DNA of 64,000 nucleotides, taken from positions 256,001-320,000 of the forward strand of contig CAWFQB010000004.1 of the NCBI GenBank assembly GCA_963817895.1, given 5' to 3'. This stretch comes from an uncultured Chthonomonadaceae bacterium. Lineage in GTDB: Bacteria; Armatimonadota; Chthonomonadetes; Chthonomonadales; Chthonomonadaceae. The notes beneath the pieces are model-generated. The model was not told the origin of the DNA. It ran no database searches and was given only the letters and a program-made list of their open reading frames with translations. The position numbers and the translations under genes were made by a program. Within the stretch, counting starts at the first letter, position 1. Every line of letters starts with the position of its first letter. Positions 20,552-32,133 of this stretch are shown in pieces.

Positions 20552-21427
20552 GTGTCCTCATTATCTACTGGGAGACAACCAACCATGATTGAAACTGCCA
20601 TACCCGCCGAACACACGCAGACTATTTTTGCCTTTATCAAACAAGGCGACACAGAAAGCATTGCCCGACTGCTGGACGCCGATGCGATGCTGGTTCATGC
20701 GCGACACGCCGACCCGAATCTGCATCACTGGACAACCCTGCAATTCGCCGCTTCGGAGGGGCAACTCGCCGCCTGTCGGTTGTTAGTCGAGCGCGGCGCG
20801 GAAGTCTACACGAACCCGATGAGTACGTACCCGCCTGTGATTCAGGCGGCATGGAAAAACCATCAGGACGTGGTAGATTATTTCCTCAAGGAGATACCGG
20901 ATAAGGCGGAGGGGACAAACGGGCTGGGCGTAGCGATCAACCTTGCAGGGCGGGAAGGGTGGATCGAGATTGTGCGCAGGCATATCGAGGCCGATCCTCT
21001 TAGCGTTCATCAGCGCGGCTGGATTGGCGACACGCCGCTGCATTGGCCGGCCCACAACGGCTACATTGCAATCGTCCGCCTGCTCCTGGAACACGGGGCC
21101 GACTCGACCGCCCATGAAATCAACTGGATGGGCGGAACGCCGCTGCACTGGGCCAGCGAACGGCATCCCCACATCGCGCAACTGCTCATAGACGCCGGGG
21201 CGGATGTGAACGCCCGCGTGGTTCGTCCCGGTTCGGATCATCTGGGCGGAACCCCGCTGCACTGGTGCGCCCGCCAGAAAGACGACTGCGCCGAAGTCAT
21301 CGCCGTCCTGCTCAAAAACGGCGGCGACCCAACCTTGACCGACGCTTTCGGCAAGACAGCCCTCCAATACGCCCAAGCCGCCGGACACGCCCGCGTTGCC
21401 GAAGCCCTCCGCTCGAATGCCGCATAA
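20552..21427 (+). CDS. Ankyrin repeat protein
   Basis: Repeated GxTPLHW motifs. Confidence 0.9.
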   Translation: MSSLSTGRQPTMIETAIPAEHTQTIFAFIKQGDTESIARLLDADAMLVHARHADPNLHHWTTLQFAASEGQLAACRLLVERGAEVYTNPMSTYPPVIQAAWKNHQDVVDYFLKEIPDKAEGTNGLGVAINLAGREGWIEIVRRHIEADPLSVHQRGWIGDTPLHWPAHNGYIAIVRLLLEHGADSTAHEINWMGGTPLHWASERHPHIAQLLIDAGADVNARVVRPGSDHLGGTPLHWCARQKDDCAEVIAVLLKNGGDPTLTDAFGKTALQYAQAAGHARVAEALRSNAA

Positions 21428-21682
21428 AGCGAACCGCAAGTTTATGGAGATAGAAGCGGACGAATATTGAAAACAATCGCGTGTATAAATGTCAGCACAT
21501 TGAGGTATAATATACATGCGAATCATTGTTGCATGGGGCAACTTTTAAGGTGAAGCTATTGATGCTAACAAGACTGCATGTGCTGCATTTACATCAATGT
21601 ATATTTCGTCAATAATTTGTGACTGAACACTATAACTTCGGCAAGCATGTTAAAGCTTGCCACGGCCATGAGGAGGGAATAA

Positions 21683-21964
21683 TTGTCAACTTTTGAAGAA
21701 TTTCTGGCTCTAACACCTGCACGGCAGGAACAAACGCTCAATAAGATACGCTTCAGATTCGCAAAAGAATACCAAGCTACTGCAAAGCCTGCAAGTCCAC
21801 CTATTGAAGCTGTAGCTGAAGCAGTTACAACAGTAAAACGGTTGAAAGCAACGTATGTGCGCTCTAACGCCATCACTAAATTAGCGCAAATCAAAAATCT
21901 TGAAGAAGCTAGATTTAGAGAGATTAAAGCGTTGCTAAACTGGGTTGATACGATCAGTCCGTGA
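21683..21964 (+). CDS. Hypothetical protein, low GC
   Basis: SD ggaggg, TTG start, 93 aa. Confidence 0.6.
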   Translation: MSTFEEFLALTPARQEQTLNKIRFRFAKEYQATAKPASPPIEAVAEAVTTVKRLKATYVRSNAITKLAQIKNLEEARFREIKALLNWVDTISP

Positions 21965-22016
21965 GCAACGACAAACTATGCCCTCATACAAACGCATTCA
22001 ATGGATCGGCTTCTAA

Positions 22017-22056
22017 CTAATGCGCCCCGGATCAGTAATGATCCGGGGCGCATTAG
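22017..22056. terminator. 18 bp perfect hairpin between convergent genes
   Basis: ctaatgcgccccggatca-gtaa-tgatccggggcgcattag. Confidence 0.65.
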
Positions 22057-22154
22057 GATTGGAAAATAAAATGTTTTCCAACATATTGTTTTGACGCTTC
22101 AATTTAACTTCAAGAGTAGAGAACAAGATTAAGTAGCAACCACCGGTAGGATAA

Positions 22155-22712
22155 TTACTCAGCATCTTTGGGAGCGTGGTGTTTAGGATTGAGGATTTCC
22201 CATGTTGGATTAAGTTTGTTAGCGTCAAGCTGCTTTTCACTAAAAAAGTATTTCATTGCACGAATGAGGCCCCAACCTATACCAGTTCCCGCAATGGGAA
22301 GTGCTGCCGCTACTGTAATTCCGGCAACCATACCTCCCCCGACAAGAGCGCCGAGAGCGGCTAATCCAGAAGATATACCCGCAGCAGAAAGCCCTGCAAC
22401 AGAACCCATTAGGCTAACTGCTGCCGTAACTGAGCCAAAGCCGACAACTCCTCCTCCCACAGTACCTATCTTCTCTGAGAGTTGCTTACGTTCAGCATGA
22501 GTTAGTTTAGAGTAACGGACAAAACCTAACTCGATCAAAACCGCACACTGTTTAAGCATCTCATCGGACGGTAATGTATAACCAACGAGAAGGCGGAGGA
22601 TTGTAGACTCAGAGCATGTTAGTGCTTTTGCAATGCGGCGGTAGGCAAGATTTTCCTTCTCCATAAATGCAGCCATTACTAATGCAAAGTTGTCACGGCT
22701 CATTGATTCCAT
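22155..22712 (-). CDS. HTH (XRE-like) fused to a glycine-zipper membrane region
   Basis: YRRIAKALTCSESTILRLL..TLPS then AGLSAAGISSGLAALG. Confidence 0.7.
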   Translation of the reverse strand: MESMSRDNFALVMAAFMEKENLAYRRIAKALTCSESTILRLLVGYTLPSDEMLKQCAVLIELGFVRYSKLTHAERKQLSEKIGTVGGGVVGFGSVTAAVSLMGSVAGLSAAGISSGLAALGALVGGGMVAGITVAAALPIAGTGIGWGLIRAMKYFFSEKQLDANKLNPTWEILNPKHHAPKDAE

Positions 22713-23155
22713 TATGTTTTCTCCAAGTTGGCAAGGTCAGAGTGCCAAAGGTAGCTAGCTGATCTCTATAAGGGCCAGCAGGATGAGGCGAACACTACAT
22801 GTTTATCTCTCACCTATAATTTATCCTGCTGGAAAAAGTGAAATATTGTACTTTTTCCAAAAATTTCACATGACGGCGACGGTGAATAACTTCCACATTT
22901 TACATAGGGTAAATCAATGTTGAATCAGGCAAGCAGTTCCGACCATATTTCCACTTCCAGCAATCGTTCGCCTACCTGTCCTAAACAACAGCATAGTCCA
23001 CCAAACCAGCAAAAAATTCAGAAAAAAAGAGCCGCACAACGCAAAAAACACGAAACCTTCGCTCGACTCCACATGTCAAATGCAGTACACAAAAATCTAC
23101 ATATCCGGCAGGTACTATACAGAAGCCAGACACACAGGAGGGGAGGTGCAAGAAG

Positions 23156-23182
23156 ATGCCTGTCCACTCCCGTGCGCCCTGA
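23156..23182 (+). CDS. 8-codon mini-ORF MPVHSRAP* (copy 1)
   Basis: GGAGGTG SD 7 nt upstream; paralog at 45659 differs mostly at silent sites. Confidence 0.7.
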   Translation: MPVHSRAP

Positions 23183-23188
23183 CGCTCA

Positions 23189-23294
23189 CGAGGTCACGAC
23201 GCCTCTACCTAAAAACTTGACACAACGAGACAGAGTGCTGAAAGCGCTGCATTGCCAATATTTCGACAACGTCTCTACATACTCTCCTTCTTTT
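23189..23294 (+). ncRNA. Conserved structured 3' RNA segment (copy 1)
   Basis: 41 nt identical to 45722-45762; flanking stems. Confidence 0.55.
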
Positions 23295-26200
23295 GCCTGC
23301 GTCGGAACGTGACGTACAGCAGAGGGACGAAAAACAGCGTAAATAGGGTGGAGAAACTCAGGCCGCCGATGACGGCGACGGCGAGCGGTTTCTGCATTTC
23401 CGCGCCTGCGCCCAAGCCGAGCGCGAGGGGAACGAGGCCGAGAATGGCCGTTAAGGTTGTCATCAGAATGGGGCGAAGGCGGACTTCAGCGGCGTGGACG
23501 ACCGCTTCTTCCAGTCCCATGCCGTTCTGTTCGCCCTTTTGCGCCTGATCCAGCAGCAGAATTCCGTTCTTTACCACGATGCCGACCAGCATGATCGCGC
23601 CCATGAACGAACTGACGTTGAGCGCGGTATGTGTTGTCCACAATCCGAGCGTGACGCCGAACAGGGACAGAGGCATGACGAGCAGAATCACGAGCGGCGC
23701 GGTGAAGTTGCGGAACTGGAACAGCATCACGGCGAACACGAGCAGAATCGCCAATGCCAGCACTTGCATCAGGTTGCGGAACGATTCGGTCTGGCTTTGC
23801 GCCTGCCCTGCCAGCAGGTACGTGACGCCGGCCGGAAGCGTGGTTTGTTTCATCAGCGCGGACACGTCTTTGCATCGCGCTGCCCAGATCGCGGTTTTCC
23901 AGATCGCCCCGATACGGATACCACGCGCCGCTGATCTTCGCGGTTGATTTCCGTTGTGCCGGGAACGGTTTCGATCTGCCCAAGCGAAATCAGGGGCAGA
24001 TTGAAACCGCCGGGTGTGCGAATCGGCAACAGGGCCATTTGCGTTTTGTCCGCGCGGAACGCGAGGGGATAGCGAACCCGAACGCCGATCTGCCGGTCGC
24101 CTTGCAGCAATTGCGTGACCGTATCGCCGAACATCGCCGCGTTCGCCTGATCCGCAACCGCGTTCGTCGTCAGGCCAACCCGCCCCGCTTTCAAAGGATC
24201 AATGCGCGTTACCAGTTCCGGCCCGGTTTCCACCACGCCGGATTTCACGTCCACCATGCCCTTCACTTTGCCCAGTTTGTCGGCAAGGCTTTTGGCAATC
24301 GCCATCAACTTTGCCTGGTCTTCCCCGAACAGTTTGATTTCGATCGGACTCGGCGCGCCGGACAGGTCGCCAATCAAGTCCTGCAAGATTTGAATGAAAT
24401 CCACGTCAATGCCCGCCACATCCGACTTGATCTTGCCCCGCACGTCGTCAATCACGGCATCAATGCTCTTTTTGCGATCCGCTTTCAGCACCACCGCAAA
24501 GTCGCCGGTATTCTGCTCGTGTATTTCAAAGCCCAATCCCGCTCCCGTGCGCCGAGAATAGCCGGACACTTCGGGCGTCTCGTGGAGAATGGTTTCGATC
24601 TGCTTCAGCACACGGTCGCTCTCCGCCAGACTCGTGCCGGGTGGCAGCACATAATCCAGCACGAACGCGCCCTCATCCATTTCCGGCATAAGCCCGGTTT
24701 GCAGATGCCCGCCCATCCAGACCGTCGCGCCGATAATGGCAATCGCGCCAATCGGCAGCAGCCACTTGTGATGCAGGGTGAAGCGCAGCGCTTTTTCGTA
24801 AACGCGCAAAAACCGCTCGAACAGACGGCCATGTTCCTGCGCCCCCGCCCGAGTCTTCAGAAACGCCGCGCACAGGGTAGGACTGACAAGCAGGGCAAGC
24901 GCAAGCGAGACAAGCAGCGCAATCGTGAGAGTGACGGCAAGGGCGGTGAAAAACGCGCCGTACACGCCCGCCACAAGCACAAGCGGCAGAAACACGACAA
25001 CCGTTGTCAGCGTGGAAGAGATCATCGGCACGGCGATCTCCTGCGCCGCCAGTTGAACCGCGTCCTCCCGGCTTGTTCCCGCCGCCAGATGCCGAAACAC
25101 GTTCTCCACTACCACAATCGCGTCGTCAATCACCAATCCGATACCAACCGCTAACGCTCCCAGTGTCATTAAATTCAGCGTCAGCCCGGACAGCCGCATC
25201 AGCAGAAACGTGATGAGAACCGTTGCCGGGATAATGGCGGCGGTGACAAGGGTTGCCCGCAAATCGCCCAAAAACAGCAGCAGCACCACGACCGCCAGAA
25301 CCGCGCCGATGAGAACCGCGTCACGGACACTGTTGATAGCGTCGTGAATCAACACGGACTGGTCATAAAACGTGCCAACCTGTGTACCCGAAGGGAGCGT
25401 TTTGCGCAGGCCGTTGATCTCCTGCCGAACCCCCTCGACAACCGTCACCGTATTGGCATCCGGCTGCCGCGAAATGTTGAGCAGAACGCTCTCCGCGCCG
25501 TCCGCCGTGATAACCGTTGTCGGGTCCTGCGTGGAGGGCGCAACCGTCGCCACCATATCTATGGTAATGGGAACGCCGCCCCGCTGCGTGATAACGATTT
25601 TATTGAGTTGGCTGGCATCTGTGATTTCGCCGGAAACGAGCGCCTGATACTGCTGATATTGCCGGTTGAGGACGCCGACGGAACGCACGACATTGGACTG
25701 CTGCAGCGCCTGTTCCACATCCAGCAGCGAAAGTTTATATGCGGCCAGTTTCTGCGGGTTGACCTGTACGGCCATTTCGGGGATGCGCCCGCCCTGCACA
25801 TTGACACGGGCCACGCCGGGTACGCGGGTCAATACAGGCTTGAGCGTGTACGTGGCGAAATTCCACAATTCGGTTTGCGACAGATGATTGGAACGCAGCG
25901 ACAGCCCCATAATCGGGAACACGGTCGGGTTCATGCGCTCGACGCGAACCTGCGTTTCCGGCGGCAGTTGCGAACGTACCTCATCCACTTTGCCGTTAAT
26001 AAGCTGCTGCGCGGTCAGCATGTCCGTTCCCCACGCCATGTCAACCGACATTTCGCTTGTGCCGCGCGTCGTATTGGAACGCAGGCGGGCCACGTTGGGA
26101 ACTGTAGAAATCGCCTCTTCCAGCGGGCGCGTGATACCGGCAACCATCATGCGGGCAGGCCGCTCGCCCGCATCCGCAATCAGCTTGACGCGGGGAAACG

Positions 26201-26321
26201 TCACATCGGGCAGAATGGAAACGGGAAACGAGCCGAGCAGCATCACGCCGATCAAGCACAAAACAACCGTGACAAACAGCACGGCCTTGATGTTATTGGT
26301 GGCGAAGCGGCTGAGGTTCAC
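23275..26321 (-). CDS. RND efflux permease (CzcA/AcrB family), frameshift near 23860-23900
   Basis: IGLVIDDAIVVVEN, RLRPILMTT, GIVVKNGI. Confidence 0.93.
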
Positions 26322-28072
26322 GGCTTGCCTCCTTTTGCGTCTGCCCCTGCGCTTTTGTCATCCGCTTTATCAGCGCTTTTACCCTTGTCATTGGCATCGC
26401 TCTTGTCCGCGCTTTTCTCGTCCGCTTTGTCCTCGGACTTTTTGCTTGCTGCGTCGGTTTTGTCGTCACCGCCCGTTTCCGCCGCTTTGGTTTTCGCGCC
26501 GTCCGTGAGTTCATAGTTGCCGACGCTGACGACCGGCTGACCGGCTTGCAGTCCACTGAGCAGGGCGACCATTTTGCCTCCGTTCACTTCGGGGCCAAGC
26601 GTGACCACATGAGCCTTTGCCGTGTCGTCTTTGGCAACCGTGTAAACAGTGGGCTTGCCGTCCTGCGTGACAACCGCGCTTTTGGGAACCACAATAGCGC
26701 GACTAATGCGGCGGAGGACAATATCCGCAGTGGCGAACGCGCCCACGCGCAGGCTACCGGGATTGGCGACCTCGATGCGAATGGATAACAAATTGGTTTG
26801 CGGGTCCACCTGCCCCACATTGAGAACGCGCCCCGCGAATGTTTTGCCGGGAACATCGGATGTAGCGACATGTGCCTCCATCCCCGCCTTCACCTTCAAG
26901 CCGTCCTCGGCAGGCAGATTGGCGACAAGATTCAGGCCGCGCGTGTTGGATATTTCTAAAATAGGCGTGGTCACATCCGCCATATCGCCCGCGTTGGCAT
27001 TGCGTTTGGTGATCGTGCCGTCAATGGGCGCGCGGATTTCGGCGTAACTGGCAGTTGCCTGCGCCGCCGCGTAATCGGCCTGCTTCTGGTTCACCATGTC
27101 CTGCATGGCCTGCGCGTCCGACTGCTTTACGCTCACGTTCAGGCGACTGCGCTCGGCCTGCTGCAAGGCGGCGCGCGCCTGCAAAATTCTGGCATCCCCA
27201 CTCTTTTGCGCCTGAACCAGCGCGTCACGGGCGGCGTCTACCCGTAATTGCGCGGCGCGTAGCTCTTCCGGTCGCGCTCCTGCCCGCACCAGACTGGACG
27301 CCTGCTGCGCGCTTGTCAGCCCGGAATTGGCGACGGCAAGCGCGGTTTGCGCGTCATCCAGTTGCCGTTTTGCCGAGATTCCCTTATCGAAGAGAAACTG
27401 TACCCGCGTCAATTCCGTTTGCGCCCGGTCACGGGTGGCCTGCGCCTGCGCAATCGTCTGCTCGGCCTGCGCGATTTCCTGCGGACGCGCCCCCGCCCGC
27501 GTTCGCGCCAGATCGGTTTGCGCCGATTCCAGCGCGTTTTGCGCCTGCCGAACGGTTGCTTCCCGGTCTAAATTGGCGGATTCCAGCGCAAGCCGCGCCG
27601 TTCGTACCGAGCCGGTTTGATCCACCTGCGCCGCGCCCGCCGCCAACCGCGCCGAACGCGCCTGCGCTGCCGAAGCGATGAGAGCGGCCTGTGCGCTCCG
27701 CGCCTGCGCCTGTTGTGGCCGGTTATCCACAACCGCCAATTTTTGCCCCATCGTCACATGCTGGCCTTCGCTGGCATACACCCCAAGCAGCCTTCCGGCA
27801 ACGGGGGCGGTCACGCGAACATTCGCGCCCTGTCCCGGCGAAAGCGTCCCCTGCGCTCCAACCGTGATTTCCACCGCTTGCACCGTAGGCGTCGCCATTT
27901 CAACCGTGACAGGCGCGGCGGTTTCGGCCTCCCCGCCCGCCGCTTCGCCACCCGCTGCCGCGTCTTTCTTGCCGCACCCGCTCAATACACAACCGCAGAG
28001 GACGCAGAAAAAAAGGAACCGCAAAGGACGCGAGGGAAGCAAAGTAGAGTTAAAAGAATTATATAAAATCAT
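26318..28072 (-). CDS. RND periplasmic adaptor (lipoprotein)
   Basis: LSGC lipobox, APVAG, long hairpin, IRAPIDG. Confidence 0.9.
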   Translation of the reverse strand: MILYNSFNSTLLPSRPLRFLFFCVLCGCVLSGCGKKDAAAGGEAAGGEAETAAPVTVEMATPTVQAVEITVGAQGTLSPGQGANVRVTAPVAGRLLGVYASEGQHVTMGQKLAVVDNRPQQAQARSAQAALIASAAQARSARLAAGAAQVDQTGSVRTARLALESANLDREATVRQAQNALESAQTDLARTRAGARPQEIAQAEQTIAQAQATRDRAQTELTRVQFLFDKGISAKRQLDDAQTALAVANSGLTSAQQASSLVRAGARPEELRAAQLRVDAARDALVQAQKSGDARILQARAALQQAERSRLNVSVKQSDAQAMQDMVNQKQADYAAAQATASYAEIRAPIDGTITKRNANAGDMADVTTPILEISNTRGLNLVANLPAEDGLKVKAGMEAHVATSDVPGKTFAGRVLNVGQVDPQTNLLSIRIEVANPGSLRVGAFATADIVLRRISRAIVVPKSAVVTQDGKPTVYTVAKDDTAKAHVVTLGPEVNGGKMVALLSGLQAGQPVVSVGNYELTDGAKTKAAETGGDDKTDAASKKSEDKADEKSADKSDANDKGKSADKADDKSAGADAKGGKP

Positions 28073-29475
28073 GGGAGTTGTCCACCTACGGCGCGTTGCA
28101 GCGCGGCGAGGGCAATGTTGTAATCCGCGAGGGCGCGGGTGTAATCGGTCTGTTCGGTACGATACACCTGCTGCGCGTCCAGAAGTTCCAGATAGGTCGT
28201 CGCGCCCTGATTGTAGCCGATTTGCGCCATGTTGAGCAGTTCGCGCGAGTTGTCCAATCGCCCGCCTCGAAATCCCTCTACTGTTAATCGCGCCTGCTGC
28301 AAATTGCGGTACGCGGTTTCTACTTCCAGAAGCGCGACGCGGCGGGCTTCGGCAATCACAGCCTCCTGCTCCGACACGGCGGCTTTGGCGCTGGCAGCGT
28401 CGGCGCGGTTGCGCCCGAAATCGTAAAGGGGGAACAGCAGGCCGGCGCGGAGAGTATTGCCGCCCTGCGTGGGATCAATGTTGCCATGCCGCGCTTCCAC
28501 AAACAAATCGGGCTGTGACGACGCCCGCGCCCCGTGCAGCAGGGCTTCGCGATTGGCGCGGGTTTGTAGCGCGGACTGCAAATCGGGGCGGCGGGCGAGG
28601 GCGAGTTGCTGCAAATCTTCCAGTTTATATGCGGCGGGAGTAAACGGCAGGGTGGGAGCAACCGCAAAATCCGAATTGCCCTCCATGCGGGTCAGGCTGC
28701 GGAGGGTGGCGAAACGGTTGGCGCGTTCGGTTTGGGCGGCGGCAACCGCTTGCTCCGCTCGACTCTGCTCGATGCGGCTGCGGACAACCTGTGTTCGGGC
28801 TACATCCCCGGCGGTAAACTGCAATTGCGCGGTTTCGGCAAATTTGCGGGCGTTGTCCAGCGCGTCCAGCGCGAGCTGCCGCGCCGCTTCGGAACGCTGC
28901 GCCTCATAATACGCGGACTGCACCGCAAACACAAGATCGTTCCGCGCCGCCTGCCGATCCAGCGTGACCGATTCGCGCTCCGCCCGCGCCGCAAGAACGC
29001 GCTGCCGCCGCTTATCGCCCAACTCGAACGATTGGGAAATCAGATAATCCTCGTCCGTGCCGCCCGTATTCTGTCCGACGTGCGCGGCGATACTCGCAAC
29101 CGGATTCAGCAGCCGACCCGCGCCCGTCAATCGCGCCCCCGCCCCGACCACGCGGGCATCGAACTGCTGCGTGGTGAAACTCCGTTGCTGCGCGAAGTTC
29201 AGCGCGTCCGTCAGCGCGAGCGTTTGGGTATTCGCAGACAGAGCAGGCGGTGTTTGACCCGTAGGAGTTTGCGCAGTCGGAGTGGCGGCAGGCGTTTGTA
29301 CGGGTGTTACTGGAGCGGGTTGAGGCGTGGTTTGCCCGAATACGGCTACACGCGACAAGCCACAGAACCCGATGATAGCGAATAAACAAGACGAACGCAC
29401 GATAGCGATTAGCCTTTCAGTCTTTTGTCTTGAACCATGATTAAGATGATTACCATGATTGAGGAGGCGAGTCAT
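28069..29475 (-). CDS. TolC/CzcC family outer membrane protein; start uncertain
   Basis: SQSFELGDKR, RPDLQ, LELLDAQ. Confidence 0.88.
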   Translation of the reverse strand: MTRLLNHGNHLNHGSRQKTERLIAIVRSSCLFAIIGFCGLSRVAVFGQTTPQPAPVTPVQTPAATPTAQTPTGQTPPALSANTQTLALTDALNFAQQRSFTTQQFDARVVGAGARLTGAGRLLNPVASIAAHVGQNTGGTDEDYLISQSFELGDKRRQRVLAARAERESVTLDRQAARNDLVFAVQSAYYEAQRSEAARQLALDALDNARKFAETAQLQFTAGDVARTQVVRSRIEQSRAEQAVAAAQTERANRFATLRSLTRMEGNSDFAVAPTLPFTPAAYKLEDLQQLALARRPDLQSALQTRANREALLHGARASSQPDLFVEARHGNIDPTQGGNTLRAGLLFPLYDFGRNRADAASAKAAVSEQEAVIAEARRVALLEVETAYRNLQQARLTVEGFRGGRLDNSRELLNMAQIGYNQGATTYLELLDAQQVYRTEQTDYTRALADYNIALAALQRAVGGQLP

Positions 29476-29561
29476 CGAAAACTCTTCTCATTAAAAAGAT
29501 CATTACTCAACAGGGGTCATGTTAATCATCGTAATCATGCCTAATCATGGTTCAAGACAAT
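29424..29561. repeat. Inverted 9-mer-type repeat pair (ttgtcttgaaccatgatt...aatcatggttcaagacaa)
   Basis: Second copy at 63409-63572. Confidence 0.8.
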
Positions 29562-29564
29562 CCG

Positions 29565-30632
29565 TTACTTCTTGCCCATACTCGGCTCAAATACCAGAAT
29601 TACGGCGGTGTTCGGTTCCATAGTGGGACGGCCCTGCTGACCGGCAGCCATCGGCTTGAATTTGGCGGTAATCAGGTAGATGCGGTGCGTTTTCGGGTCC
29701 AGAGTCATGGTGCGCGCGCCGGTTTGCGTGGGTACTGTGGCGGCAACCGAGAACTTGTTTTTGCTGTCCTCATGCACGAGGGTCATGGTTCCGTCCTGCC
29801 CGTTGGAACTGACGGCCAGCTTGAGCGTAGGATCGAACACGCTGGCATCCGGGCCGTTGCCAATAGCCGGCATGGCGACAACCTTGCCGCTGTCCGCGTC
29901 CACAACCGCCATTTTCTGATTGCCGCACACCGCGAACAGGCGGCGCGTGGCTTTGTCGAACGATAGGCCGGAAGGTTCTTCGCAGGGATCAATCTTCCAG
30001 TGCTGCATGGCCTTCATCTCTTTGGCGTCAATGGCGACGATCTCGTTTTTATCTTCGACATTGCAGTACACCATCCCTTTTTCATCGGTGACGGCGAATT
30101 CAGGCTTGCCGCCGACAGGAATGGTTGACAACACCTTGCCGGAACGGGCGTCCAGAACGGTCACATCGCTGCTGCTGCCGTTGAAAGTAAAGACGCGATG
30201 GGTGGCGGGATCGTACAGAATGGCGTCCGGGTTTTTGCCGACCGCAACGCGCTGCAATTCTTTGAGCGTCTTCAAATCGAAAATCGTGACGCTATTTTCG
30301 CGCCCGTTGCTGGTATAGCCCCGGTTGAGGGCGGGCGCGAGCGCGACGCCGTGAACGCCCGGAGTATTGGGAATATCGCCGACTACAGCGTCTTTTACGG
30401 TGTCAATCACCATAACATGCGTACCCCGCGTGACATAAAGACGATGCGCCGCGCTGTCTACGTTGAGATAGTCCCAGCCGCCCTCGCCGCCGATGGCGAT
30501 TTTGGAAATTTGATGGTAGGCGGGGGAGGCGGGTTCCGCCGCCTGCGAGGAGAGAGTGGAAAACCCTGTCAGCAACGCGGTAACGCCTGCGCTGCAAGCC
30601 AGAAGAGAAGCAAACCGTTGGAAACGTGACAT
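29565..30632 (-). CDS. YncE family beta-propeller, secreted
   Basis: GGEGGWDYL, GVHGVA, GARTMTLD. Confidence 0.9.
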   Translation of the reverse strand: MSRFQRFASLLACSAGVTALLTGFSTLSSQAAEPASPAYHQISKIAIGGEGGWDYLNVDSAAHRLYVTRGTHVMVIDTVKDAVVGDIPNTPGVHGVALAPALNRGYTSNGRENSVTIFDLKTLKELQRVAVGKNPDAILYDPATHRVFTFNGSSSDVTVLDARSGKVLSTIPVGGKPEFAVTDEKGMVYCNVEDKNEIVAIDAKEMKAMQHWKIDPCEEPSGLSFDKATRRLFAVCGNQKMAVVDADSGKVVAMPAIGNGPDASVFDPTLKLAVSSNGQDGTMTLVHEDSKNKFSVAATVPTQTGARTMTLDPKTHRIYLITAKFKPMAAGQQGRPTMEPNTAVILVFEPSMGKK

Positions 30633-30663
30633 AGAACAACCTTTCTTCAATACAAGGAGAAAT

Positions 30664-30697
30664 TTAGCCGCGAATACACGCGAATGAACGCGAATAA
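30664..30697. repeat. ttagccgcgaatacacgcgaatgaacgcgaata repeat
   Basis: Same at 43282-43313; variant at 16233-16265. Confidence 0.75.
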
Positions 30698-30707
30698 AGG
30701 ACATAGA

Positions 30708-32039
30708 TTATAAGACGGACATATCCGGCGGAAAAGAAACTGTTGCTGTTACCCACCCGGCGCTGCAAGCGAGAGACAACTGCCAGTCATTAGAAGCGGC
30801 GACGGCTTTGCAGATGGCTAACCCTAATCCGTTGCCGCCCGTTCGTAGATTGCGCGAAGCGTCCGGGCGGTAGAACGGCTCGAACCACTTTTCCGGCGTC
30901 CAATCTACGTTCGGGTCGCAGGAATTGGCGATTTCCAGCAGTGCCGCAGTGTCGTTCATCGTCAGTCGCAGATGAATTTGTCCGCCGAACGTGGCATACC
31001 GTACCGCATTTTCCAGCAGATTGCGAACCAAAATATCGGCATGGGTAGACGCGGCGGAAACAAGGGCCTCGTCCGCTATCTGAACATTGAATGTCAGGCC
31101 GTGCGCCTGCGCCTGTGACGCAAGCGCGCGCAGGGTTCGGGTACAGACTTCAGCCAGATCAACCGGCTCCTGAGTGGGCCGCGGATTGCCCTCCAACTGA
31201 TGCAGGCGCAACAGGTCGCGCGTCAGCGAGGTCAGCCGCCGGGTTTGGGTGTCCGCTTCCTGCACGACAGCATGGTACTCTTCGCGGGTACGTGGACGCT
31301 GCAGGGCCAATTCCAAATGCCCGGAAAGCGCCTGCAACGGGGTGCGAAGTTCGTGCGAGGCGGCGGCGTAAAAGCGTCCCCGCGATTGAATGGTTTCCTG
31401 TTGGCGCGTCAGCAGATCGTTCAGGGTTTGAACCAGTTCCCGCACTTCCGCGTCCTGCGAGGGCGACTTTAGTTGAATTTGCTCTTCACTCCCCACGATA
31501 ACTCGCGCCTGCTGCGACAGTTTGCCGATGGGCGACAGGGTTCTTCCCACCAGTACCCACGCTCCCAATGTGGCGAGCAGGCCGGTGGCAAAACTGAAAA
31601 TCGCCAGTGTCCGCGCCTGACGATCTAATGCGCGCTGCGTATGCGTCCACGGCAGGCCGATGACCACTTTATACGCGCCGGTGGGAACCGCCAGAGTACG
31701 CCACTCCGACGCCCGCGCGCTGCCCGGCAGGGCTTGCGCAAGTTGAGACGTTGAAGGCGAGACTTCCACCACACTGCCCTGCGGATTCAGCAACATCAGC
31801 GAAACATGATTGTCGCCCAAATCGCTTTCCACTTCGCGCAGTTCCACCAGATTGAGCGCGGGCGCGTCGGCGGGCAGTTCATGCCCCACCTGCGTGGCCG
31901 CATTACGCAAAAGCGCGTCCGCGCTGTTTTCCGTCTGCTGCTGCGCATAGCGAACCATCAGCAGGCACGACGCCAGCATCAGCGCGAAAATGCACAGCGC
32001 GAATTGCAATGTCAACCGGGCGCGAATGGAACCGAGCAT
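30708..32039 (-). CDS. Sensor histidine kinase
   Basis: ASHELRTPL, NLLENAVRY, GNGLGLAI; two TM segments. Confidence 0.93.
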   Translation of the reverse strand: MLGSIRARLTLQFALCIFALMLASCLLMVRYAQQQTENSADALLRNAATQVGHELPADAPALNLVELREVESDLGDNHVSLMLLNPQGSVVEVSPSTSQLAQALPGSARASEWRTLAVPTGAYKVVIGLPWTHTQRALDRQARTLAIFSFATGLLATLGAWVLVGRTLSPIGKLSQQARVIVGSEEQIQLKSPSQDAEVRELVQTLNDLLTRQQETIQSRGRFYAAASHELRTPLQALSGHLELALQRPRTREEYHAVVQEADTQTRRLTSLTRDLLRLHQLEGNPRPTQEPVDLAEVCTRTLRALASQAQAHGLTFNVQIADEALVSAASTHADILVRNLLENAVRYATFGGQIHLRLTMNDTAALLEIANSCDPNVDWTPEKWFEPFYRPDASRNLRTGGNGLGLAICKAVAASNDWQLSLACSAGWVTATVSFPPDMSVL

Positions 32040-32056
32040 GAGAAAATCCTGTGGGG

Positions 32057-32133
32057 AAGATACGAGATAGGAGATACGAGATACAAGGCACAAGCAATCC
32101 TACTCTTATCTCGTATCTCCTATCTCGTATCTT
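32057..32133. repeat. Inverted tandem repeat pair (agatacg / cgtatct)
   Basis: Overlaps the response regulator stop codon. Confidence 0.85.

Noticed and set aside
23217..23241. CIRCE element or sigma70 promoter in the conserved 41-mer
   Set aside because: Only the GAGTGCT half-site matches CIRCE, and TTGACA has no -10 box at 16-18 nt.
22917..23312. 131 aa ORF spanning minigene copy 1
   Set aside because: No equivalent ORF in copy 2; low-complexity composition; conservation follows the 8-codon frame instead.
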